Made by a program: the position numbers and the translations under genes
Part shown: in pieces, positions 1 through 10,452 of the stretch
Position numbering within the stretch: the first letter of the stretch is position 1
How the letters are laid out: every line of letters starts with the position of its first letter
Origin: Paramecium tetraurelia
Lineage: Eukaryota
Direction: 5' to 3'
NCBI GenBank assembly: GCA_000165425.1
Contig: CT868407.1
Span: forward strand, 113,211 to 133,210
Length of the DNA stretch: 20,000 nucleotides
Notes under the pieces: generated by a model
Told to the model about the DNA's origin: nothing
Database searches by the model: none
The model's input: only the letters and a program-made list of their open reading frames with translations

Positions 1-181
1 TTTAATTTAAAAAATAATAGATATTGAATCTATATGAAATGGGAATTATAAAATTTTAAAAATTGTTAAAAGAATGATTTCTTACATAATAAAGTCAATA
101 AGTCAGTTTACTTATAGATTGATGAATAAAAATTTAAAGAATTAATAATTACTATAATAATAAATTTATTTATATAAAGGA

Positions 182-607
182 TCAAAGTCCTAATTCTTTA
201 AATTAGGATTTGGTCTTGAGTACTCATTGGTTAAGAAATATCTAATATTCTCTGATAAGATGACCCTGGGAAAATAGTTTTTGGCCAATCCACAAGAGAC
301 ATTCATTCTAACACATAATTAGAAATAATTTCTAGCATCTAAGCATTCTGGTACATAAGACTCCACAAACAGACCGTATAGATTCTTGCAATGTTGAGCC
401 ATTCTATCATAAAGATGGCAAGTCAATAATTAATTCAATACTATAGAGAAATTATTTTATATTCAACAAACTTAAATTTGAGATTATCTAATGAGTTTAC
501 TTGATTCTTTGTTAATGTTTATAGATTAATCTTGTTTCTAAACATTGAATCTATTAATAAAGGTAATATGATACCCTCTCCTCTCAAACTTCATTATAAA
601 TTGGCAT
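182..607 (-). pseudogene. Pseudogene of a small twin-CX9C protein (mitochondrial intermembrane-space type, possibly a respiratory-complex accessory subunit)
   Basis: Minus-strand translation: MPIYNEV*EE / MFRNKINLQTLTKNQVNSLDNLKFKFVEYK / NQLLTCHLYDRMAQHCKNLYGLFVESYVPECLDARNYFQLCVRMNVSCGLAKNYFP / YFLTNEYSRPNPN..KELGL*. Cys codons at 420-418 and 390-388, and at 345-343 and 315-313, give two CX9C motifs. Lesions: in-frame TGA at codon 8 (586-584), an intron-like segment lacking its GT donor near 455, and 1-nt frame breaks. Confidence 0.75.
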
Positions 608-1295
608 TTTAGCTATCTTGGTTATTTATATTAATAATATTAAAAATAGAGTAATTTATTATATACAAATTTTTGATAATTTTATTTTTATAGAGGGTTA
701 AAAGTGTTATTATAATTCAATCATCCAATATATTTGAATTGTTGGATAAATAACCCAATATATTTCTATGAATTTAATTACCAAAAAAATCTATCTGGGT
801 AAAATTATACTTAATATTCTTACTAATAAATCTTCCTATCATATTATCTTTAAATTATGACTAATTATACATAGATTTCAACTTAGGTTGTGAAAGTTAT
901 TTTAGAATCAACTTAATTTGGAGTGATTGAATTAATCAACAATTCTTAGCAATAATATCTAAAAACAAAGATCTAAATATTACTAATATTTTGTCATTCG
1001 GATTCAGAATAAAATACCCAAAGGCAATGAGTAAATAATCTCTTTGATAGTAAGTTCATTGATTTCTGAAAAATAAATGAGCTTATTAAGCAAAAGGATG
1101 TATAATCAATTGACTATTTAATTACCTTGATATTTGTAGTAATTGTTGTTAAATTAGGAATTGGAGTATCATTTATATCCAATCCATGAGCTCAAATTGA
1201 AGGTATGTTTTGATTGTTTTATTCACTAATATATTTTATTAATATGCCTCATATTCATTTTTAAATCTAATTTTTAAAAAAATCCAAAGATTTTA

Positions 1296-2273
1296 ATGAA
1301 GGTAACTATTGAAACTATTTTATTTAGTTTAACATTTCTTATCCCTTGACAGGAGCTTAAAAGACAGTGGAAATTGACGATGACAAGAAATGGTAAGAAC
1401 ATTTTATATATAATTTTTAGCTCAATCTTTTTTGATAAGAGAATGGGTCAAGTTGTTGAAGCTGACAATTTGGGTGAAGAATACAAAGGCTATGTGTTGA
1501 AAATCACTGGTGGTAATGACAAATAAGGATTTCCAATGAGACAAGGTGTCTTATTCAAGGGCAGAGTGAGAATCCTCATGAGAAAGGGTCACAAAGGTTA
1601 CAGACCAAGAAAAGATGGTGAAATGAAGAGAAAATCAATTAGAGGATGCATTGTGGGTTAAGACATTAGAGTCCTTGCCTTATAAGTTGTTAAAAAGGGA
1701 GCAAACGAAATTGCTGGACTTACAGATCAAAATGTCCCAAGAAGATTGGGTCCAAAGAGATTAACTAAATTGAGAAGATTATTTGGATTCAAAAAGGCTG
1801 ACGGTGTTGCTATAGTTTAAAAGAATCTCATCAGAAGAACCTGGACCACAAAGGATGGAAAGAAGAGATAAAAGGCTCCAAAGATCTAAAGACTTGTTAC
1901 TGAATCAAGATTGAGAAGAAAGACCATTCAAAAGAAGACTGAGTAAGCAAGAAGAACCAAAGCAAAGCAAGCTTTGGAAGCTTATAAAAAGTTGGCTCAT
2001 GATGTTCATGAGGCTCACAAGAAACACAGAAAAGCCTCATCTGAAATCAAAGAATAGACTAAAACAGCCGCAGTATAATATTTAATCCATATTGATTAGC
2101 AACCAAAATAAACTAAATAAGCTGCTCCAGTTAAACAAGTTGCTCCAGCCAAAGATGCCAAGAAAGCACCAGTTTAAGCACCTGCTAAGACTGTTCCAGC
2201 CAAAACTGCCCCAGCAAAAACTGCTCCATAACCAACTCAAAAAGCTCAACCTAAAGCCCAAGCCAAGAAATGA
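1296..2273 (+). CDS. RPS6: 40S ribosomal protein eS6 (298 aa) with a Pro/Ala/Lys/Gln-rich C-terminal extension
   Basis: [93 protein letters not shown]. Introns 1302-1327, 1393-1420, 2073-2099; TGA 2271-2273. TAA at the conserved Gln of GNDKQGFPM shows code 6. Confidence 0.98.
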
Positions 2274-2348
2274 GGTTATTATAAATGTTGTTTAAGTACA
2301 TTATATATAAATAGTGACATTACTTATTAGATATTAAATATTTTTAAA

Positions 2349-3412
2349 ATGAAGGCTCTTTTTTGTTTAGGAGTTGGAATGTTGATCACCCAAAAGGACA
2401 ACACTGTACATGCCTGGCTTTATAGAGATGATATTGGTGCCTTTTGGGGTATCAAGGGTTATGAAGAACAAGTCACAGAAGTAGGTACTCATAGAGGACA
2501 TATGTCATGGCCATAATACAGATTTTTGGGTACATTTGACTCTGCAAGTGTAAGAAGAGGGTATGAAGCATAGTGATTCTTTAGGTTTCTTGTTTTCTCT
2601 AGAAACTGTGCCAATTGCCATGGAATAGTGTATAAGAAATATGATGTTTTATTGGATAAAGTCTATAAGCAATTAGAATTGGCAGCCTTGGTCAGCAATT
2701 TCACTATTCATCCTGCTCATCATCATTTCAAGCAATTTTACTACTAAGAATGGGACGAAAGAGATAGATATATTCACGACAGTACTCATTCTCTTAATAA
2801 TCATTATTTTAGGAATCTACCCTCCTTACTTTTCTTAAGATCAAGCTAAAAATGCCAATGGTGGAGTTTGGCCAACAGATTTCTCAAAAATCAGACTCAG
2901 ACCAGGAGGTGTCAATTACATCTACAACATTTTGACTGGTTACCATTACAAGCCTTATTAAGGATTGGATGTTCCTAAAGGAAAAGCATACAATCCTTAT
3001 TTTGATCACATGATTATTGGTATGGTTAGATAATTGCACGATGGTATTGAATATAATTCGATTTGAATAGGTCTTGTCGATTACGAAGATGGCACACCTG
3101 CATCTACTCCTTAAATGGCTTTTGATGTTACAAATTTCATTCAATTTGTGTAAAGAAGAAGCGGTTTCCAAAGACCAGACAAGACTGTAAGATATTATAT
3201 GTTCTTGACTGGAATTGCATTGATCTATCCTTTTGCTTACTTGAAGACCAGAGGATTTTATAGAAATAATCTCTCTCTTAGGTATTTTATAAAATCTATG
3301 AAATTTCAGATGGGAAATGTATGCAGTCAGAGATGGTGTGTATTACAATCACTTTAAAAAAGGATGGAAGAACTCCAGAGCTATATAATTTAGAGGTCAA
3401 GTCTGGGCTTGA
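2349..3412 (+). CDS. CYC1: Mitochondrial cytochrome c1 (complex III), 317 aa
   Basis: FDSASVRRGFLVFSRNCANCH (CXXCH heme motif), ANGGVWPTDFS, YIYNILTGY, YNPYF..IIGM (distal Met), DYEDGTPASTPQMAFDV, C-terminal TM helix. Introns 2561-2584, 2782-2812, 3044-3070, 3282-3309; TGA 3410-3412. Confidence 0.95.
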
Positions 3413-3517
3413 TGTTATATAAAATATTAAAAATAATAAATATAATTTATTTATATCATTATTTCTGTATTTATAGAAAATTCAAATAATATTTAATACA
3501 TAAACATAAATTCAAAT

Positions 3518-4969
3518 ATGCAATCTCTATTTGTAAAGTGGCTAGAAAATGTCAACAAAGACCAGCTACAATCAAATGTTCCTAATGTCGTTATGGTTAA
3601 ACTTACCGACTCTGTTATTCCTGTGATTCATAAATTCACAATCGCACAGGGCCCCATTGACTAATAACACAAAACAGAAATCATTCCCTATCAAGGTACA
3701 TCTATTTGATTAAGATAGAAATGTATCAAAAGAATTAGAACTTTGTTCCAGCTCCCTCTAAATTCGAACAATCAAATTAAATTAAAAAGAATGACTTTAA
3801 AGCTCAACCACCAACCAAGGATTATTTATCTAGTGAAACAAGGAAACCTGATTATTCTAAAACTATTGATGTTAATAGGAAACCAGAATATCCAGAAAAG
3901 AAACATGATTATCTAGATAAAAAACTTGATAGCCATGACAAAAGATATGATTAGCAATACTCAGGTTTTGATAAAAAATAGTACACATCCAATCAAAAGC
4001 CTTAAGAGATTGATAGACCTAGTTAATCAGTTATGAATCAATTAAAAGATGAATAACAATAAACAGAGAGACTAAGAGCTGAGTTGAATATGGCAAAAGA
4101 TAGAGAAAAGGACTTTTAAAAGCGTTTGTAAAACTAAATTCTTAATTTAAATTAGGTCTAAGTTAGAATAGGATTACGAATCAAAACATAGAGAAGATAA
4201 ACAAAAAATCTAATAATTATAAGATGAAAATAAAAACTTAAATTAAAAACTCAATTAAGCTAATAGGCATTTGCAAGATGAAATCAATAAGGTGAGACAA
4301 TAGTACGAATCCTAACTGAACGAACTTGAACAAGCTTACAATGAGAAAGAATAACAGTTGGAATAGATAACACAAGAATTTAATTTAGTAACGAATCATA
4401 TTATAATTTATTAGGAAGATATATAAAAAAAAATCGAAGAACTACAATAAGAGTCAGATATGAAAGATCAAATTATTGAATAATACTAATAGTAGCTTCA
4501 AGATATGTAAGAAGCAATTCAATAAATTCAAGAGGAGTAAGCAAACAATAGTAGAAATACAAGAAATCAATTCTCATCTAATAAGAAATTATCAAAGAGT
4601 TAAGATAACGATAAGGATCAAATGATTTAGTAATTATCACAATAGCTTGAAGCAAAAGATGAGGATTGTAGAAGATTAGAGGGTATTTAAAATAAATATC
4701 TTTAATATTAGACTTGATAGAAAATTTTAAGCCCTTATATTAAAATTTAAGTGACGAAAAATAACAATTATAAGAGGAAGTTGAGAAACTAGCGAATGAA
4801 AACAATCAATTTAGAGAAATCTTTAGTGTATTATATTACAAAAATTTAGTAAAACTTACACTTATTTGGAATTGACCCTGAGTAATTGAATGAAGAAGGT
4901 GAGGAAGGAGAAGGAGAAGGCGAGTATCCTGAAGAAATTGCTGAGGAAAATGATGATCAAAATGATTGA
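3518..4969 (+). CDS. Coiled-coil protein with acidic tail; an N-terminal B-box-type zinc finger is encoded in a shifted frame
   Basis: ATG 3518 frame stays open to TGA 4967-4969 using introns 3696-3718, 4128-4155, 4388-4414, 4683-4711, 4828-4849. Long Q/E/K/L heptad-rich region; tail EEGEEGEGEGEYPEEIAEENDDQND. Frame 1 at 3550-3657 reads CQQRPATIKCSQCRYGQTYRLCYSCDSQIHNRTGP. Confidence 0.75.
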
Positions 4970-5164
4970 ACAATTTTACCTATATCATTTTCAAAACGAT
5001 TTTATTATTAACTGATAATAATTATTTGATAATCAAAGATTTGGCTATCAATAAATATATTTAGACTCTAAAAATAATTTATTCTAATTCTTTAGTTATT
5101 TATTATAAAATTTAGTCATAATTTTTATTAATATTTTCACTTATAAATTAAAATAGCAAATTTA

Positions 5165-5647
5165 ATGGAAATTGATGTGAGCTTTGTTTCAAAGTTAGCC
5201 ACTTTGCTGAACTTTATCTTGATTCTCATTTTTTGTATTTGGTCCACCATTTATTGTATAGAATAGGATATTTATAAAATAAACTCTATTATGACAAACA
5301 TTAATTTAATGTACTATTTTTGTATAATGGATTAGGCTTATGAATTTTTTGCTATTGCTGGGCGAAACAAAAAGGTTAGATATGGTGGAAAAATTTTACT
5401 TTGCCTGCAATCAATTTGGAAGAGGTCTATTCTGCTTATTGTATGGAATATTAATTTTTTAGTCTAGCGTTATGGTTATATGCGGAAAATAATAAAACTG
5501 CAAGACATATGTCCTTACATGATTATGGTTTATCTGTTGCAATCTGCACAACGATAATTGGAATATTGTATGTCATATAGCATTTTTTAGTATTTATACA
5601 ATCTAGTTATTTAGTTTGATAAAAGACAATTCTTAATTACAACTTGA
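5165..5647 (+). CDS. Small multi-pass membrane protein (136 aa), COPI-associated/Tvp15-like
   Basis: About four hydrophobic segments. F..NQFGRGLFCLFLAL resembles the GRGxFYxF signature of the Tvp15/COPI-associated family. Introns 5311-5335, 5441-5462, 5590-5614 give a clean frame to TGA 5645-5647. Confidence 0.65.
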
Positions 5648-5680
5648 TTATATATTTAACAAAATATAATATTAAAAGAG

Positions 5681-8600
5681 TCATTAAAATTTACTGAGAT
5701 TATAATCTATCTTAAGCATTTCTAAAAATCTACCAATAAATTTCTTTAGATCTTAATTACTCATTCCCTTAGCAGAATCTTCGATTTTTTCTATATGATA
5801 ATTTAATTATTTTACATGTGTAATTTACTAAAGGTTGGAGTTGATTGTCATTTACGTTCTTAAAATACATTTCCAAAGCATTTGTCATATTTTTACAAGA
5901 GGCTATCCACTAATCCATTTGTCCACCACCCATTTGAGTCTGAATTTCATCTGGATTCTATAGCTTTTTTAACCTTTTCATAGATTTCAATCTTTCATCC
6001 TTTGAAATAGTTTAGGTGGCCTTAACAAATTAAGACATTCTTGATAATGGTTGTTCTGCCTTTTTGTTTTTTTCAAAAAATGCTTGTAATGCTTTTCTAG
6101 TGGCTTCTTTGGAATTTTCAGGTGTTAATAAATATGTTAATTCATTTTAGAATTCTTAGAAGCTTTGCACTTTATTTCCCTTAGTTTAATAGGTTTATCC
6201 AAACTCTGAAAGCATTTTCATAACTTCAGTATTGACATCTCTTTAATAAGTTTCAACAACTTTTTTTAAAGTCTAATAAATTTTGGTACAAGGAACTCTT
6301 AGAATTGGAAACTTTCCAATTTTTTCAATAGCTACATCTATTTTTGCCAGAGCCTCCGTATAGATTAATTTTCTATCAGATGGTTTTCCTTCAAAAAATG
6401 TTAACCATCTATACACAGTTTAAAAGAATTCCTCACTTAGTAAGTTGATTTAGTCCTAAAACAACATGAAACCATCATATATTTCAACAAATGCTGTGAT
6501 AATTTAGATCATATTCGTGAGCATTTCGATCAAATTAACCTAAATTTCTTAGGTAGTTAAAACAATAGGTTCTATTGATGGGTGTAATTTCACTCCTGAT
6601 TAAATCTTTTTCACTTCTCCATAAGTTTCCTATTGTTGTTTCAATTATTTGTTTAATCCTTCTAAAATGAAGGAAGAATTAGCCAAGGAGAGCATATTTT
6701 CAATTTTCTATTGCAATTCAGTTAAGGCATCTAGAAAATCAATGGAACTATAATAAATTGAAGTAATAGTCTTATCGAACATAAGAATAGTTTGATTTAA
6801 GGAGTCAAATTCCTTCAATTTCTATTCTAACTTATTCTTGTAGATTGGAAGACTGTTTAGAGATAATTTTTCTTTATACCTATAAAATTGAATTAAATAA
6901 TATATTACATCAAGAATTAATTATGAGCTGCTTCTGCTTTATCTTTCAAAATTTAGATTTATGAATCAAAGCCTAAACTCATTCTAAATTGTTCAAGAGA
7001 CATTGTTTTTTTTGTTTTTTCTTAGCCAACTGCTTCAACTCCTAATTCATAAATCTTTCCTAATTTGTTTTCTCCTTTTTGAAAGAATGAATCTGTTTCA
7101 ACAAGCACAGTTTCTGCTTCAGAGAACTTTTAATCAAGTTCAGCAGCCTTAGATGAATCCTCAAATTACTCTTTAATCATTCCAATGTACTATGGCATGG
7201 CTCTCAAAATTGCATCCTTCTATTAAGTTAATGTGCATGTCTTAATTTTTAGAAAGTTATTCACATTGTTGGTTAAGGAATTTATTAATGAATCGATTGA
7301 TACTGATCCTGGCTTCTTTGAATTAGCTATTAATAATCTACTATATTCATCCTAACTTTCTTTAAATAATTATAATAACTGAAGGCCATCTTTTAGATGT
7401 ACTTTAAAATAAACACTGGTTTAAACATTCTAATTCATTTCAAAATATATCATGTGGTCTCTAATTTTCTTGATAATACCATCAAGAGTAAATTTTTATG
7501 GATCTACACTAATGATGGTAGATATAATATCATAGAACATTTGTGAGGTCATCAAATACCTTGTTGCATTGATGTGTTCCCAAATTTGATATTTAAAGCA
7601 ATAATCATTGAGTGATGTATATTGAGTGCTTATTTCCTGTATTATTTGTTTTTTAATCAATATACTCTCTCTGGCTTTGGACAGTCTTTCAAGAACCTTA
7701 GAGCATTATTCTAATAAATTCATTTATGCATTTGGTGTAGCAAGTGGTAATTGCAAAGGCGTTCTTTAAGGAGTTTGCTTGGCTTCGTCATCCAATAAAT
7801 ATTTATTCGTAATTTCTAAGACAGCATTGTGGATTTCTGATGGCAATTTCAATTTAGAATCATAATAGTTAAGCGGAATTTCTTAATCAATCAATTTTTG
7901 AATTTAGGCAATTAATTTCTTACTCTTTTCAATTAATTGTAAACCCTCAGCTTCACTGATTTAGTTCTCCAATATATCAATGGAATGCAATTTGCTATTC
8001 AATATTCTTAGCAAAGTCAACCCAGATCCGATTTCGCAATCTATCCAATCTTTAATGCGTATAAATCCATATGGAAGACCTTCCACTTCACTAGGAAACA
8101 TGTTTTGAAACTTAAACAATATGTCCATATCTTGTCTAATTTAACTCGATCATTTCTTACTTCAATTCAACTACTTTATCTCTGAATACTTCTTAATCAT
8201 CAGTCTCTAGAGTTTGCTTTTAGATTTTCATCTTATTCAATTGAACCTGCTTTAGTTGTTATTCGAAATTGGGAAATTGAACATAAGTGTCATACACATT
8301 TTACAGATTTTAGATTTTATAAAATAAGTCTTCGATTTACAGTTGAGCATGAAAGAGTCTAATTTATAAGAATTGTTACAATTTAATTTATTAAAGAATG
8401 AAGAGTGGTCTTTTTTTGAGAATTTCATAATTAAATTTATTTGGATTTCTGATTATCTGGTTCCTATAAGTGGCATATTGATTTAAGATATAGATTTAAT
8501 CTAGTTGTTCCACTTCTTCTTTTGTCATGATCTCCTGCATCAGAGTTTTCATAATGAAATACTTCTTCTCTGTCATTTTTATTAGGTACTATTGATTATT

Positions 8601-9885
8601 ATTTAAATATTACTTTCTAAATATCTTGAAGGATAAAATCATTCTTTTATCGAAATTCTAAATATGGCAACACAATGAGATTCAATTTATTGTTACTTAT
8701 ATCCAATTTGTTGTATAATTTCGGCATCTTCAGTTTGGCAAAATCATACAAAATTTACACAGCATCAACACCTTGATTGAATTGAATTACAAATTAAGAG
8801 CAACTCGTACATTATTCTTCTTGTACTTCCAATTATTTACACATAATTTAACAAGTATAAAATGAAGCATATTTAAGTTATTAAAATTCAATGCTTTATG
8901 ATTGTGGCAATTTCAGGATAAAATCAACCATATTCTACATTGAAACTGCTGGAACTTTTTCATTTTGAATTTCAGTAAGTTAAATAAGTTCATTGATCTT
9001 ATTTAGATTCTGATTCATTATTTATTGCAACACAGTTAATCTATCCAATATTTTATTATATGACTTATCAATAACTATTTACTTAACCTAAGAGACTACT
9101 GAATATTTTGATAGTTCTTTAACAACCTAATCAAATTAGGAAGTATTCTCTTTAATTTGCTACAAAATGGCTTAAACTTGATCAGATAATTTAATAGAAA
9201 TTCTCTTATAATTGTCCTATGATTAAGGTAGTGTTTCGAGTGCAACAGGCAGAACTCTCCCTTATTGTTATTCTAGTTTGATTGACTTTTGAGGCAAGTA
9301 CAATAACTTCTATCGATAAATCATATTAACGGCAGCGTTTCCAAACTTTCCGATTTCTGTTTCTTAATAATTGACCTCTTTTCTTGTGTTTCTATCATCC
9401 GAATCCTTGACATTCAAGACAATATTAAAATTTTATCTTTGAGCTTTGAGATGGTAAACACTAATTTAATAGGGCGTGACTTCCTCTTATTCTTAACTTG
9501 CAGCAGTGTCTTATTCATCTTTAATGTCAGCATCTTTAATTTAAACGGGATAGAGATCAACAATTTAAAAGTTTTGAGAAACGACTGCACTTTATTATTA
9601 ATATTATTCTTTGGTCATTCCATCAGGCACAAGAAAAGTGGCTAAATTAACATCCTCATTTCTTTTATTTGATTGCTGACTCATGTCAACTGGTTTAATG
9701 GAGACTTTTTATGATGCTGGCATTGCTGCATAATTAGCCATATTAGGTTATACAAATCTAGATTTTGGTTTCTAGTCCGAGCCCAATTAACCAGACATGT
9801 TGGGATTCTGCACTGGATTGGCAAATGTTTTAGGTTGTATTCCGACCTTTATGCTGCTTTTGGAGGATTATTTACCTTGGTCCAT
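5681..9885 (-). CDS. Large (1366 aa) predicted alpha-helical protein of unknown function with a low-complexity N-terminus
   Basis: MDQGKQSSKSSIKVGIQPKTFANP... to ...FLEMLKIDYNLSKFQ*. The frame is continuous with four introns (8589-8613, 8136-8160, 6880-6908, 5791-5815); spliced length 4101 nt. No catalytic motif recognised. Confidence 0.85.
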
Positions 9886-9919
9886 ATCTTGGGAATAATA
9901 TATATTAATTAAATAAAAA
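9886..9919. promoter_or_regulatory. 34-nt divergent intergenic spacer (putative shared promoter / 5' UTR region)
   Basis: Minus-strand ATG at 9885 and plus-strand ATG at 9920 are separated by 34 mostly A/T bases. Confidence 0.55.
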
Positions 9920-10411
9920 ATGTCAAGAGCAATTCGTAGATATGTGAATGCCAAAGAGGAGATGGAATACGAGCGAGGATACTCAGCTGAAGAGATGCAA
10001 GCAGCTAAATTGAGAAAGGCATTTGTTTAGAAATTTATTGCTGACTTCGACACTAATTTTTACAAAACATAAGAGGAAAGAGATTGGGGATATGTTGTTA
10101 GAAGAGAGTATGATTATGTTCTTATCATTCTTAGATATCGTTATGATGTGACTTATTCCTCTCTTGTTGATGGTTGGGCATGTGCAGCTGCTGTTTCTAT
10201 GGTCAGAATGTTTTAGACAAAGAGATTTTCATGGGCTCCTTATTTTGTAGTTTGGCCAATTGCTTATCTCTACTTTCAACCAATTAAATTTTTGAAACAC
10301 AATAAAAAATACTTTGATATGTGCAATTTGGGTGAAACATTTTACCTTGGAAGAGAAAGAAACAAGGTTCTGGCTGAATGTAACAGAATATTAGATAGAG
10401 AGGATTTCTGA
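9920..10411 (+). CDS. Small membrane protein (154 aa if the intron is spliced), function unknown, possibly mitochondrial
   Basis: MSRAIRRYVNAKEEMEYERGYSAEEMQAAKLRKAF..DWGYVVRREYRYDVTY..GWACAAAVSMVRMF..WAPYFVVWPIAYLYFQP..MCNLGETFYLGRERNKVLAECNRILDREDF*. Intron 10108-10134; two hydrophobic segments; Arg-rich N-terminus. Mitochondrial location is inference only. Confidence 0.8.
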
Positions 10412-10452
10412 TCCTTATAATAACATAATAATAATAATAAAATAAAATATTT

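Noticed and set aside
184..211. Hairpin AAGTCCTAATT-cttta-AATTAGGATTT
   Set aside because: Short AT-rich inverted repeat inside former coding sequence; plausible by chance.
182..493. Plus-strand open frame with a plausible 22-nt intron at 351-372
   Set aside because: No start or recognisable motif. The minus strand gives a coherent twin-CX9C gene, so this is its shadow.
584..586. In-frame TGA as selenocysteine or readthrough
   Set aside because: Further indels and a damaged splice site in the same gene point to decay, and I could not identify a SECIS.
3534..3544. TA-bounded 9-nt segment whose removal gives a CRKC zinc knuckle (retained IES?)
   Set aside because: Far below the roughly 26-bp minimum size of Paramecium IESs, and its removal does not fix the frame relative to the ATG.
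3533..3545. 13-nt GT..AG mini-intron
   Set aside because: Too short for this genome's introns and does not join the ATG to the B-box frame.
5568..5590. Alternative last intron for the Tvp15-like gene
   Set aside because: It disrupts the last hydrophobic helix and runs into the convergent gene. Intron 5590-5614 gives a clean stop.
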